Both the position numbers and the translations under genes were made by a program. A stretch of DNA of 64,000 bases from an uncultured virus (IMG/VR IMGVR_UViG_2061766007_000275) (Duplodnaviria > Heunggongvirae > Uroviricota > Caudoviricetes): IMG/VR virus record IMGVR_UViG_2061766007_000275; one strand, written 5' to 3'. The notes under the pieces were generated by a model, which saw only the letters and a program-made list of their open reading frames with translations, was not told the origin of the DNA and made no database searches. This document shows positions 1 to 9,441 of this stretch, piece after piece. Every line of letters starts with the position of its first letter. The first letter of the stretch is position 1.

Positions 1-87
1 CGTCGAGGCACCCCCCTCCCCAAATTTGAAAACCGGGGGGGGATATCACTCACTCATGCGGTTCCGTATCCATCGTTAAAAAATTTT

Positions 88-426
88 TTAGCTTTGATCA
101 TCCGGAACGAGCATCCCGTTTTCATCGAAATGATAACCTTCCCTGCAATCTCCGGAACTGCTTCCTCTCGCCTTTCTTTGTCCTGCTTCCTTTTCTGCTT
201 TATGTTCAGCAAAGTGACAATCTTTACACAAAGATATCAGGTTGTCTGGATTCAAGGTGATGTTAACATCATCTATGTTTTCCGGACTAAGCCGTATGAT
301 ATGATGTACCTCTTCCGCCGGATTACTGCATCGAGTGCATTTATATCTGTCGCGGGCTAAAATATAGGCCCGGGTCTTTTTCCAGGCCGTGCTATCATAA
401 AAGGGCTTAGCAAATTCCCGGCTCAT
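88..426 (-). CDS. HNH endonuclease, terminase-associated (HK97 gp74-like)
   Basis: FYDSTAWKKTR, RDRYKCTRC, EVHHI, NLISLCKDCH; start taken at ATG 426. Confidence 0.85.
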   Translation of the reverse strand: MSREFAKPFYDSTAWKKTRAYILARDRYKCTRCSNPAEEVHHIIRLSPENIDDVNITLNPDNLISLCKDCHFAEHKAEKEAGQRKARGSSSGDCREGYHFDENGMLVPDDQS

Positions 427-550
427 TGCATCTCTTCCTCTCTGTAAATAAGGTTGGAGGCGGCCACATATACGTAACCGCCTCCGGGAAGAAAAATGGG
501 TAAAATGGTTTGTCTGGTTATCATATGTCCAATTCAACTTTACGATATCC

Positions 551-590
551 TTTGTCCTATCGCAAGCGGACAAAGCGGACAAATCGGACA
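551..590. promoter_or_regulatory. Tandem 9-bp repeats, candidate late-activator binding site
   Basis: AAGCGGACA AAGCGGACA AATCGGACA at 564-590 plus inverted TTTGTCC at 551, between the activator gene and HNH. Confidence 0.55.
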
Positions 591-597
591 ACTTTCA

Positions 598-897
598 CTA
601 TTGCGCCTCTATAAATCTCATCATTGCCTTTCGATGTGACTCTGCTGAGCCTCCCAGCATCTTTGCTATCCACTTCCAGCTTCTTCTTTCTATGCATCTG
701 TAATTGATTAAAACTCTCAGATATGGCTCATCAATGCCCGCTATGAATTTATAAATCTGTGTCCGAATGTCTTCGCTCTCCTTCTGTATGCTTTCGATTG
801 CTGCAAGGTTTTGTTCTGACATCTCATCCTTTTTGCTGGCCCACATCTTCGCCTCGGCATCGTATGCCCAGAGCTTGAACAGGATTTCTTTCTTCAA
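598..897 (-). CDS. RinA/ArpU-like late transcriptional activator
   Basis: C-terminal sigma-region-4-like HTH (RYxxxxSWxxIA-type motif, here YRCIERRSWKWIAKML); last early gene; probable TTG start at 897. Confidence 0.65.
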   Translation of the reverse strand: MKKEILFKLWAYDAEAKMWASKKDEMSEQNLAAIESIQKESEDIRTQIYKFIAGIDEPYLRVLINYRCIERRSWKWIAKMLGGSAESHRKAMMRFIEAQ

Positions 898-1166
898 TCT
901 GTCCCGCCCCCTCTCAGATATGCTCCACATTTTTTACAGTAATAGGCGCTATTCCCTACTACCCCGCCGCAAGCCGGGCAGTAATCATAATCTTTCCCCA
1001 TGTTTACCCCGAGCGGCTGTTCTGGCTCGATTGTATTCTCCAAAAAGTCTTGTATCCACTCGGCTGCTTCATCGTTCCCACCCGTCCGAACATTAATCGG
1101 GATTCCGTTCTTCTGGACTTTCTTACGGACGGTTTCAATCAGCTTATCCTTTTCGGTCTGTTTCAT
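894..1166 (-). CDS. Zn-ribbon phage protein
   Basis: CPACG...YCKKCG; overlaps neighbouring genes. Confidence 0.6.
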   Translation of the reverse strand: MKQTEKDKLIETVRKKVQKNGIPINVRTGGNDEAAEWIQDFLENTIEPEQPLGVNMGKDYDYCPACGGVVGNSAYYCKKCGAYLRGGGTD

Positions 1167-1168
1167 GT

Positions 1169-1756
1169 TTATCCTTCCCCTTTCAACTGTTCCAGAACCT
1201 CGGCTATCTGGTCAAAATGCCTAACTGTCTTTCTAACTTCAATATCAGCTTCTTCCCCGATATATCTGTTTGGCTCAATAACCGTGTTACAAGCATTTTC
1301 GTCAAATATCCATAAGCCTTTATCCATATCAATATCCATAACAACAGCTTTATATGTTTCTGCATCCTGTATGTTATGTATTAAGATTTCATCCCCGACC
1401 TTAATCTCATCGTCAGCCTGTTTTGCCTTTTCTTCGTACTCCTTGATTTTGACTATAGCTTCGGATGGTGAATTATTTTTCATTGCTGTTATTGCACTTT
1501 CACATCTGAATATATCAACCATATAAGCACTTTCAAAATGCGGCTCAACTACATCCCCAACTATCTTTCTTGCACACTCCCAAGCATCATCAAGCCCCTT
1601 GTTAGTACCATGCTCAAAATTCAGATTACAAAAAAACTCTTTGTCATAATTACCGTCCTTATAACCCTGTTTATACCCCCGATCATAAGCGTTTCTGATA
1701 CAATTTGTTACTGCCTTACATAGTCCTTCTGTCTGCGATATTGTTTCTTTAGCCAT
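1169..1756 (-). CDS. Hypothetical phage protein
   Basis: Coupled ORF in early operon; AYDRGYKQGYKDG repeat. Confidence 0.6.
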   Translation of the reverse strand: MAKETISQTEGLCKAVTNCIRNAYDRGYKQGYKDGNYDKEFFCNLNFEHGTNKGLDDAWECARKIVGDVVEPHFESAYMVDIFRCESAITAMKNNSPSEAIVKIKEYEEKAKQADDEIKVGDEILIHNIQDAETYKAVVMDIDMDKGLWIFDENACNTVIEPNRYIGEEADIEVRKTVRHFDQIAEVLEQLKGEG

Positions 1757-2174
1757 TGTCTACCTCCCTGTCTGCTTCGATTGCTGTTGGAAATTCATCT
1801 GTGTTATCCAAATACAATGCCGACATAATGTAACATGATTTACTCGGCTCTGGCACTCTGTCAGCTACCCGACACAATTTTGTTTTAGCATTTTCGACAT
1901 CAATCAGCCTACCATGCCCCTTTGGGAGTACAGTACCTGTTTGAATTATGACATTCATATCTCCATAATCGTATTCATTAGACAATATTTTTCTATATGT
2001 TTTCTCTGGCAACCTAATCACAACCTCAACTGTTCCATCTTTTATTTTCTCCGATTTCAAGTAGTTCTTCATTTCTTCTACCTCTGCATAAGTAAAATAA
2101 TGAAACTCTCCATCTGGTCTAATATGTTCTACTATGCACTTCAGAACTTCTTTTAATTTCTCAACTGTTTCCAT
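1749..2174 (-). CDS. Hypothetical phage protein
   Basis: Coupled ORF; LPKGHGRLID and PTAIEAD motifs; start uncertain. Confidence 0.55.
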   Translation of the reverse strand: METVEKLKEVLKCIVEHIRPDGEFHYFTYAEVEEMKNYLKSEKIKDGTVEVVIRLPEKTYRKILSNEYDYGDMNVIIQTGTVLPKGHGRLIDVENAKTKLCRVADRVPEPSKSCYIMSALYLDNTDEFPTAIEADREVDNG

Positions 2175-2493
2175 CTGTATCACCATCCTCACAATACTTT
2201 TTAATGACATCCATAACTATCTTTCTATAATCATCACCAATGGCTGTAACTGTTTCCTCTATGTCTTTTCGTCCAGATACAAGATCAACCAAATGACTAA
2301 ATGTGATAGAATCATCAACCATGTTGTAAATGTCATCTAACAACCCATCTATGGATTTAAGGGGACACCCATATGTATCTGTCTTTTTGTCATACGCCGC
2401 CCCTGCCATACAAGCACCGCCATCTTCATTACACAACTGACATTCCCAATGACAACATTCTGGCATATCCATACCTGTTAATATTACGCTCAT
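2161..2493 (-). CDS. Hypothetical Cys-rich phage protein
   Basis: MDMPECC..C..C...CPL motif. Confidence 0.55.
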   Translation of the reverse strand: MSVILTGMDMPECCHWECQLCNEDGGACMAGAAYDKKTDTYGCPLKSIDGLLDDIYNMVDDSITFSHLVDLVSGRKDIEETVTAIGDDYRKIVMDVIKKYCEDGDTDGNS

Positions 2494-2804
2494 TCTGCAT
2501 CACCTACCTTATACGGTGCGTCCCACCATTCTTTTCTAAATCCGATAGTATTAAAAGATTTATTGCCTGATAAATTTTCAATATCAACTGAATAGTATTG
2601 TTGACAATTATCTTTTATAGAAATATGCGGAAATACTGCCTTTACAACATCCCCATTCGTAGCCCCGTCTGGCAATACTACGCAATATCCGCTTGCCATC
2701 AGGTCTATCCATTCCCTCAAGGTTCTGCCCTCATAAACAAAGCCGTTGAGTGCTTTCGTTCCCAACTTTTCAGCCCATTCATCCATTGTCGGTGCTTTTG
2801 CCAT
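2490..2804 (-). CDS. Hypothetical phage protein
   Basis: ATNGDVVKAVFP...WWDAPYK; ATGA coupling. Confidence 0.55.
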   Translation of the reverse strand: MAKAPTMDEWAEKLGTKALNGFVYEGRTLREWIDLMASGYCVVLPDGATNGDVVKAVFPHISIKDNCQQYYSVDIENLSGNKSFNTIGFRKEWWDAPYKVGDAE

Positions 2805-2982
2805 TCTCCCACTTCCTTTCCTTGCTCCAGTGTCTGCACCATCCTTTCATAACTTCGGCATAGCTTAAATATTTACCATCAATATCACAATAGCAATTTA
2901 TCATTTCTGTTCGAAACATTATCTCTTTTTTGCGAATATTATGTCGGCAATTACAACAGACTTTTTCGTTTTCTACGCTCAT
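2779..2982 (-). CDS. Small Cys-rich phage protein
   Basis: CCNCRH...CYC...WCRHW. Confidence 0.5.
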   Translation of the reverse strand: MSVENEKVCCNCRHNIRKKEIMFRTEMINCYCDIDGKYLSYAEVMKGWCRHWSKERKWENGKSTDNG

Positions 2983-3380
2983 TCCCTATCCTCGCTTTCC
3001 TGTGGCTCAATCATCTTTGCTCCGCAGTTAGGGCACAAATCCCCATTTACTATATTTCTATTCGACACTCGGAATATAGATATAGCGCCGCACTTTGAAC
3101 AGGTGAATGCTCGTACAATTTGACCATCTATTTCGCCTTGTACCCCGAAACTTATCCACCGCCCTGTCTTTTCCTTTGGTGTGACGGGAGGTAAATCTTC
3201 ACCAACACACTCACGCAAGTTATCTGCAAAATGCGAAACAGGTTGCTGTTCATCGTTTCTGCCTTCTCGTATCAGATAATCGCAAAACTCCCACGCTTTT
3301 ACATCTATTGCATCAAGAACCGCCTGTCTGCTTATGCAATCATCACAAGGCTGTTGATCTAATGCTTCTTCATTTGTCAT
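2979..3380 (-). CDS. Zn-ribbon phage protein
   Basis: DCISRQAV...GRWI...CSKCG...CPNCGAKM. Confidence 0.6.
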   Translation of the reverse strand: MTNEEALDQQPCDDCISRQAVLDAIDVKAWEFCDYLIREGRNDEQQPVSHFADNLRECVGEDLPPVTPKEKTGRWISFGVQGEIDGQIVRAFTCSKCGAISIFRVSNRNIVNGDLCPNCGAKMIEPQESEDRE

Positions 3381-3577
3381 TCGCTCACCTCATTCTTTAA
3401 GCAATCCCTTTTCTCGTATAAAGGACACCCATATACTACCGATTGCCCCACTTTAGGACATTTTTCGTGCAACTCTTGCTTGCAAGTATTACAATCTGGT
3501 CTGCTTGTTATATTTCTTAATAACATTAGTCTGTCAAGTATTCCTGCTGTTATAGCTATCAATTCATCTGTTGTCAT
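3377..3577 (-). CDS. Small Cys-rich phage protein
   Basis: DCNTC...CP...CPLY; coupled ORF. Confidence 0.5.
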   Translation of the reverse strand: MTTDELIAITAGILDRLMLLRNITSRPDCNTCKQELHEKCPKVGQSVVYGCPLYEKRDCLKNEVSE

Positions 3578-3704
3578 TTGTTCACCTCTGATAACGGCTC
3601 ATCGAAAGCTATGTCTATCTCTTTCAGTGCTACCTTATCGTCTTTGTGCTTTTCTATCAGTTCGATGTATAAGTTTAATATCCTCTGCTTAAATTCTTCA
3701 TTCG

Positions 3705-3932
3705 TCATAGGCTTACCTCCGTCAAGAAATATTTATCATAATGTGTATTGTCTCCATACTTGTTCTTGGTCTTTATGCGCTTCTTTGTGAAGCTGTAACC
3801 CATATCCTTCAGCTCGCTGATCCTGGTCGCCAGCTGTGTGCATCCCAGATCTCTGTATGCCTCGTATGATGTAATGTGGCCGACCTCTCTTATGTACTGC
3901 AGCACCCTGTCCCTCTGTGTTGTCTTCGCCAT
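3705..3932 (-). CDS. Helix-turn-helix phage protein
   Basis: TQRDRVLQYI..GHITSYEA..LATRISELK; RBS AGGAG before ATG 3932. Confidence 0.65.
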   Translation of the reverse strand: MAKTTQRDRVLQYIREVGHITSYEAYRDLGCTQLATRISELKDMGYSFTKKRIKTKNKYGDNTHYDKYFLTEVSL

Positions 3933-4019
3933 TCCTTTCTCCTTTCCGGGGCAGCAGTGCGCCGCCCCCACTATTGCAATTTGCAATAAACTATTGATAT
4001 TTGTAATAGTTTTTATAGA

Positions 4020-4742
4020 TCATGTGATTCCCAGCTTCTTTCTTTCGATTGCAGATATCTGATCGTCTGAATACTCCCGTTCCATGTAACCATGGTCTTT
4101 CTTCTTGGGAGTCTCCTTATCCCTCTGCTCCCAGGTACGGATAGCAGCCTTCCAATCTTTCATCTTGTTCTTACCGACCATCCAGCCCTTGGATTCGTAG
4201 AAATCAATAAAACGTACAGGGTCAACAGAGTTATTTCTCTCCAAACAATATTCATTTACTTCATCGAGAGTGGGAGCCGTAAAGGCTTGGCTTTTACTCT
4301 CTCTATTATCCTTACCTAACCTATCCTNNNNNNNNNNNNNNNNNNNNNNNNNNNNNNNNNNNNNNNNNNNCTGTGACGAATCCGTTACGTAGTTCGTGCC
4401 GGATAGGGTGTAAGCATTGTTTTCATCCAGCCCAAGCTGTTCTTTTTCCTCTTTGTACTTCGTCTCGTGATACATATCCTTGCGAATATAGTTGTGGATT
4501 CTCCAATGCTTTATAACCACGACACCGTTCTCAAACGGAATGATGAACTTCCTTAAAATCAAAATGCTCAAATCATCCTGTGATGCGCCTATCATTCTCA
4601 TTATCTTCTTGGGAGAGTTAATAAACCCATCATCATCTGCTCGCATAGCCAGATCGTAATACAGCAACCTGGCTGTGACAGGCATATCAATAAACGCATC
4701 GCTATCTATAATTGTCTTTGCGAACATCCTACGTTCTGCGAT
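4020..4742 (-). CDS. Phage replication initiator (replisome organiser family)
   Basis: AERRMFAKTIIDSDAF N-terminus; FTAPTLDEV...MKDWKAAIRTWE C-terminus; N gap 4328-4370; start ATC 4742 or ATG 4727. Confidence 0.8.
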   Translation of the reverse strand: MAERRMFAKTIIDSDAFIDMPVTARLLYYDLAMRADDDGFINSPKKIMRMIGASQDDLSILILRKFIIPFENGVVVIKHWRIHNYIRKDMYHETKYKEEKEQLGLDENNAYTLSGTNYVTDSSQXXXXXXXXXXXXXXXDRLGKDNRESKSQAFTAPTLDEVNEYCLERNNSVDPVRFIDFYESKGWMVGKNKMKDWKAAIRTWEQRDKETPKKKDHGYMEREYSDDQISAIERKKLGIT

Positions 4743-4748
4743 AAGTCA

Positions 4749-5012
4749 TCACTCCTCCCTCATCCACATATCAATTGTCATTTGTCCATTTGCCTGTCCG
4801 CCCGGATCATAACCGTGCTTCTCGTAGCAATACCTCGCGATTTCATAATACTTGTCTGTTGGCAGCAGATGTAGAGCTGTCTGCATCACCCCACCGATAA
4901 AGTGTAGCCTTGAAGTTTTCAAATATTCCTTGTCAGATACCCATCGGCTCTCCTGGAAGTGCTGATCGATTGTCTTCTTAATCCTTTCAGCGATCCAATC
5001 TTGTGTTATCAT
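4749..5012 (-). CDS. Hypothetical phage protein
   Basis: ORF with RBS; GQMTIDMW end. Confidence 0.5.
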   Translation of the reverse strand: MITQDWIAERIKKTIDQHFQESRWVSDKEYLKTSRLHFIGGVMQTALHLLPTDKYYEIARYCYEKHGYDPGGQANGQMTIDMWMREE

Positions 5013-5166
5013 TACTCTCCCTCCCCGGAATAGACTCGTTCCAACAAAACAACTTTCTCATGTAGGTCGGTACATTCTTTCATCTGATCCTTTAACGGAT
5101 GATTCAAAAGTACTTCAGTAGGTATTTTGTCCAGCAATTCTTTATATCTTTCTAAATCCCCTTTCA

Positions 5167-5544
5167 TCACTTCACCTCCAGAACACGGATCCCATACTTC
5201 TCCAGCATCAGCTTGCGCTTGATCGTGAACACCTTATATGCTCCGCCACCACGATAGCCCTTGACATCCTCGACCACCGTCTGACCGTCCTGATCATATA
5301 CAAAATCTGCTATGTAAGAGCATTTACGCTCTATCACTCTTCCAGGCTTGCGCTTGCCGGTCTTGGTGATGATGTCCGGCTCCCTCTGTATCGGGATGAG
5401 CTCATACTCGACCTGCCTACAGAGATTCTTGATTCGTCCGGTATCAACCAGATGGATGAGAAACATATACCTGCGGTACTCGCGCTTGGAATCGAACATC
5501 TCGCCATCCGCTTCAAACCGCTTTGCGTTATACTTATATTTCAT
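5167..5544 (-). CDS. DUF1064-like putative endonuclease
   Basis: KYNAK..FDSKRE..YIADFVY..VEDVKG..KRKLM. Confidence 0.8.
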   Translation of the reverse strand: MKYKYNAKRFEADGEMFDSKREYRRYMFLIHLVDTGRIKNLCRQVEYELIPIQREPDIITKTGKRKPGRVIERKCSYIADFVYDQDGQTVVEDVKGYRGGGAYKVFTIKRKLMLEKYGIRVLEVK

Positions 5545-5945
5545 GTAAACGGCAGCTCCTCTCCTGCAGGAATATCCATAAAGCCATCAGCGTTTTCAGG
5601 TGCCTTGGGCTGATCTTCTGCGGATGCCTGCTTGCTCTCGGCAAACTCCAAGGTGTCAACTATGATCTTGGTGGCCGTAACCTCAACACCGTCCTTGTTT
5701 TTGTACTTGTCATTCTGGAGCCTTCCTTCAAGTACAATCTTGGTACCCTTTTTCAGATACTTCTCTACAAACTCTGCAGTCTTGCTGAACGCTGTGCAGT
5801 TAAAGAAATCTGCCGTAGGTTCATTGTCCCTCTTAAACTTGCGGTCAACCGCAATGCTGAATGATGCTATAGCGGTATTATTGGCACCGCCGTACCTTAC
5901 CTCGGGATCTTTAGTCAATCTTCCCATAGCCAAAAATTTATTCAT
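5541..5945 (-). CDS. ssb: Single-stranded DNA-binding protein
   Basis: GRLTKDPEVRY, YLKKG, acidic ELPF tail. Confidence 0.92.
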   Translation of the reverse strand: MNKFLAMGRLTKDPEVRYGGANNTAIASFSIAVDRKFKRDNEPTADFFNCTAFSKTAEFVEKYLKKGTKIVLEGRLQNDKYKNKDGVEVTATKIIVDTLEFAESKQASAEDQPKAPENADGFMDIPAGEELPFT

Positions 5946-6223
5946 AACTTTGCTCCTTTCTTATCCCATAAAGCGAAAAATCTATAACCTCTGTAAATGA
6001 AATATGCTTCCCCGGTGCCACGATGATTCTCTGACCATTCTGGATTGTATGTAATTACTGCACCTGTATCGTGTGCCAGGTGTTCAAACCCTTCCAAAGA
6101 CATTTGAAATTCCTTTTTTGACATTCTTGTTCCAAATTCGCCATAACGGTTTATGCTATTTGCAATATCTCTTAAGCATTCACTTGCATCCACCATCTCA
6201 TCTAACCAACTATTTGCTTTCAT
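5942..6223 (-). CDS. Hypothetical phage protein
   Basis: RBS and ATGA coupling to ssb. Confidence 0.5.
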   Translation of the reverse strand: MKANSWLDEMVDASECLRDIANSINRYGEFGTRMSKKEFQMSLEGFEHLAHDTGAVITYNPEWSENHRGTGEAYFIYRGYRFFALWDKKGAKL

Positions 6224-6234
6224 CTAAACTCCTT

Positions 6235-6501
6235 TCATAACCAGGACTTCCCGAACACCGCCCGGAACTCGTCCCTTGTGTGTGTCTCTTCAAATTTCTT
6301 CTGTGCCAGTGTGATAAGTACCAGATCAAGCTTCCTGTCTGCATGGACCTCTGTGTGATGTCGCTTGCAGAGATAAACCTTCAGCCCGTACCGCTCCGCA
6401 TTCTTCCGGTTTGATGTGCCATGAATGCAGTGATGGCTTTCGAGCCCTATTGTGTATCCGCAGAAGAAGCACTCTCTGTCTTGCTGTAGTACTGACTCCA
6501 T
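6235..6501 (-). CDS. Small HNH-like/Zn-binding phage protein
   Basis: CFFCG..HHCIHG..LC..HH..VH..FGKSWL. Confidence 0.65.
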   Translation of the reverse strand: MESVLQQDRECFFCGYTIGLESHHCIHGTSNRKNAERYGLKVYLCKRHHTEVHADRKLDLVLITLAQKKFEETHTRDEFRAVFGKSWL

Positions 6502-7013
6502 GACTTCATCATCCTTTCCAGCTCCGCCGGTGGCAAGGTCTCAATCCCCAAATCCTTGGCTTCGCTTATAGTGCCCTCAATGAGATGCGCCATCTCCGCG
6601 GAATTGTACTCGTGACTCGGCCGAACAACAGCCCATATCGTGTACTCCGTGCCGTCAGGATCAAAATCAAATCCGGTCGGGATGCAGTGTATAGTCTCGT
6701 TCTCTTCCATGGGATATTCCGATACCACCCTTAACTCTAAAGGCTTATCATGCTCTATCCAGCGCTGGCCGTATCGCCCAAGGAGCATATTCTTACATCT
6801 GGGCTTCGAAATAGCCATTCTGTCGGCTATTTTGCCAAGCAGTACATGAAAATACGCATTCGCATTCAAAGACCGCTTCTTGGCCTTTCTGGTGATCGTG
6901 ATGGACAGTTCCTTGTTCTCCATCCCACGTATCTCGTCCACGGAATCAACCTCAAACATCACCCTCAAACGTCCCTCATAACTTCGGGATATATCTACTA
7001 CCTTTCCTGTCAT
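6447..7013 (-). CDS. NinB/Orf-like recombination accessory protein
   Basis: KRSLNANAYFH...SHEYNSAEMAHLIE...LGIET. Confidence 0.6.
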   Translation of the reverse strand: MTGKVVDISRSYEGRLRVMFEVDSVDEIRGMENKELSITITRKAKKRSLNANAYFHVLLGKIADRMAISKPRCKNMLLGRYGQRWIEHDKPLELRVVSEYPMEENETIHCIPTGFDFDPDGTEYTIWAVVRPSHEYNSAEMAHLIEGTISEAKDLGIETLPPAELERMMKSWSQYYSKTESASSADTQ

Positions 7014-7660
7014 TTACTCATCTCCAATATCCTGTCCCAATGGTCATTGATATTCGTATACTGCACGATCGTAAGGTCTTTGAAATCTGCTGCCTTATAC
7101 AATGACTTGATAAGTTCCTCTTTAACGCCTTCCTTCTGGCATCTTGAAACCAGCGCCTTAATCTGTGTTGCAGAGATGGTCTGTTTGGTGTCTATTGCGG
7201 TATCGCAGACCTTCGGCTCTTCCTTCTTCTTGACCTCATGACACTCTGCATCAGGGTCCACCATCTCTTCGGTCGGGATGCAGAATACCTGGAAGCACGC
7301 ATACTTAAAGGCTATGCTCATTGCTTTGTTCGTGGCTTTATCGCCCGTATCCATGCCCTCACCGATTACTACAGATTCTATAAAGCTTCCATCCTCGGCA
7401 TAAAACGTGTATTGCACTTTACAGATTGAATAAATCAGCGTAGTTCCATTCTTATTTGTTCTTTCTTCCCTGGTCTGTTCCAATATCGTGGGTACAATAA
7501 AGACTTTGTTCTTTAAAAGTACCGGAGATAAAGCGTTCATCACCGCATCAATTCCTCTGAACATGAATTTCTGCTGCTCGTTCCTTGAATCCTTCCCAAC
7601 CGCTCCAATGTCGGTCATTACCCCACAAATGCTCTCATATATGTTTCTTTTGTCGCTCAT
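7010..7660 (-). CDS. ERF-family single-strand annealing protein
   Basis: FRGIDAVMNAL, GEGMDTGDKATNKAMSIAFKYA, DPD. Confidence 0.8.
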   Translation of the reverse strand: MSDKRNIYESICGVMTDIGAVGKDSRNEQQKFMFRGIDAVMNALSPVLLKNKVFIVPTILEQTREERTNKNGTTLIYSICKVQYTFYAEDGSFIESVVIGEGMDTGDKATNKAMSIAFKYACFQVFCIPTEEMVDPDAECHEVKKKEEPKVCDTAIDTKQTISATQIKALVSRCQKEGVKEELIKSLYKAADFKDLTIVQYTNINDHWDRILEMSK

Positions 7661-8418
7661 GCCATCCTCCAATCTATACCATGCTCATTCATCCACTCGG
7701 TGAGAGCATCAAACTCATACTCGTTAATATTTACCTTCAAATCCATCCACTCTTTTGGAGCATCTGTCTTCTCAACTTCCGGAGCAACCTGAACATCGGT
7801 TTTCTCCATCACAGTCTTCTTAGCAGCCATCTCCTTGAGCCTCGTGATTTCGGTCATTGCGCTCGCCAGGGATAATGTGCTCTTATACATCTCCGTAGCT
7901 TCGAACTCATAATCAAGACCTTTCAATGACTTAAGATTCGTCTCTATGCCGGTAAGGATAAGCTCCATATCGTCTTCTATCGAACTCATTGAAACTGATG
8001 CATTGAGCCACTTCGTATCAAATATCTGATCAAACACCAGCCAGTCCTGCGTATTCATCTCTGCAAACTTTTCACGGATGCCATGCTCCTTCTCTTCCTT
8101 CTGCTTGGCATCGTAAGCCTTAACCTGCTCGTCAATGATCTGCACCGGCTCGTCAATGATAGCGATGATCTCGTCCACCTGCTTCTTAAATGCATCAAAC
8201 GGTTTCATATATGCCTTCTGTCTTGAGATGCGCTCGTCATTCAAGGACTTCTTAAGCTTGTTAAGCTCCGCCCTGTCTGCTTTGGCCGCCTTAATATCGT
8301 TATCCGTATAGACCATGTGCTTGTACACTTCGGTCTTTGCTATAATTTCATTCTTCAGCTCTTCGAAATTAAACTGTATCGCTTCCGGGAGCTGATATTC
8401 ATTTACTTTGATATCCAT
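7657..8418 (-). CDS. DUF1351-like coiled-coil phage protein
   Basis: FNFEELK..AKADRAELNKL..YMKPF..WLNAS. Confidence 0.75.
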   Translation of the reverse strand: MDIKVNEYQLPEAIQFNFEELKNEIIAKTEVYKHMVYTDNDIKAAKADRAELNKLKKSLNDERISRQKAYMKPFDAFKKQVDEIIAIIDEPVQIIDEQVKAYDAKQKEEKEHGIREKFAEMNTQDWLVFDQIFDTKWLNASVSMSSIEDDMELILTGIETNLKSLKGLDYEFEATEMYKSTLSLASAMTEITRLKEMAAKKTVMEKTDVQVAPEVEKTDAPKEWMDLKVNINEYEFDALTEWMNEHGIDWRMA

Positions 8419-8636
8419 ATATCCTCCTTAGATCTGTCTTCATTACGTACCATGAAATATATGCCTGCTGCTGTGACTGCCATCACTGCAGCTAATATAC
8501 CTATCCTCTTAAGCCCTTCGCTTATGGTAAGCATGTTCTGATCTATCCCACCGGCTATTCCGATAATAAGAATAAACAGTACAACCTCTCCTAAGATAAG
8601 TAATGATCCTATAAATTCTTTAATTGCACCCATCAT
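8403..8636 (-). CDS. Small two-TM membrane protein
   Basis: Two hydrophobic segments. Confidence 0.5.
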   Translation of the reverse strand: MMGAIKEFIGSLLILGEVVLFILIIGIAGGIDQNMLTISEGLKRIGILAAVMAVTAAGIYFMVRNEDRSKEDIWISK

Positions 8637-8824
8637 GCTAATCGCCTCTCTTTTATAAACTCATGAAATTTAACTGGGTCAATGTGAAACTTGCCCTTGG
8701 GGCCGTTAAGCCTATAAGCAAACCGCTGTCCTCGAGCATGACATAGATTCCTAACTACCCGAACATCCAGGTTAAACATTTCTGCAATCTCTGTTGCGCT
8801 CCGATATGGTGTTACCTGTCTCAT
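8633..8824 (-). CDS. Excisionase-like winged-helix protein
   Basis: SATEIAEMFNL..VRNLC..KFHID; RBS GGAG before ATG 8824. Confidence 0.6.
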   Translation of the reverse strand: MRQVTPYRSATEIAEMFNLDVRVVRNLCHARGQRFAYRLNGPKGKFHIDPVKFHEFIKERRLA

Positions 8825-8853
8825 TTGACACTCCTTCCCGCAGGTGATATAAT
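8825..8853 (+). promoter_or_regulatory. Perfect sigma-A promoter antisense to the early operon
   Basis: TTGACA-N17-TATAAT with extended TG. Confidence 0.75.
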
Positions 8854-8971
8854 CAACCTGCAATGTAATGTTGCTCGCCTGCCACTTCGACCTCGCCAAA
8901 AGCTCCTGTGGTGGGCATTTTTGTTACGTAAATGTAACTCTTGAATTGGTATGTCACACTAATGTAACTCA

Positions 8972-9184
8972 TTACGTGACAATCTTGGCAAAAAAAATTC
9001 TCTGAACATCCTCTGCGCTCAGTTTGTACCGGAGTGCAATCGCTTCAATCTCGCCTCGCCAGAAATCCGCTTTGCCATTAATCTTGTCAGAAAGTGCTCT
9101 TTCAGATATCCCCAGAGCCTTTGCCAAATCTTCCTGACGGTCGCCATAGCGTGTCATGACGGCTTTCAATTCCTGCTTTACCAT
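8972..9184 (-). CDS. Cro-like HTH repressor
   Basis: QEDLAKALGISERALSDKING..F..EI. Confidence 0.8.
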   Translation of the reverse strand: MVKQELKAVMTRYGDRQEDLAKALGISERALSDKINGKADFWRGEIEAIALRYKLSAEDVQRIFFAKIVT

Positions 9185-9222
9185 ATAATCACCTCCTTTC
9201 ACAGATAATTATTTATGTCATG

Positions 9223-9435
9223 TTACATCCCGACAACTTCCCTGCAGGGCTTTAATATCGCCCATGATTCAGCATAGCTTTTTAATTCCCCACGCTTGTA
9301 TGCAGGCATATCCTCGATACGAAAGTATAAATAAACCCTCTGTACTTTGCCGGGTGCCGTCTTACCGTTCCGAGCATATACCTTGTGCATCATCGCCATC
9401 GCAAGTTTTCTAAATCTCTTTCTTGTCATATTCAT
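9223..9435 (-). CDS. Hypothetical early protein
   Basis: Basic MTRKRFRKLAM start; RBS. Confidence 0.5.
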   Translation of the reverse strand: MNMTRKRFRKLAMAMMHKVYARNGKTAPGKVQRVYLYFRIEDMPAYKRGELKSYAESWAILKPCREVVGM

Positions 9436-9441
9436 CCCCCC

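Noticed and set aside
4328..4370. Disruption of the replication gene
   Set aside because: N gap in a low-complexity linker; assembly gap
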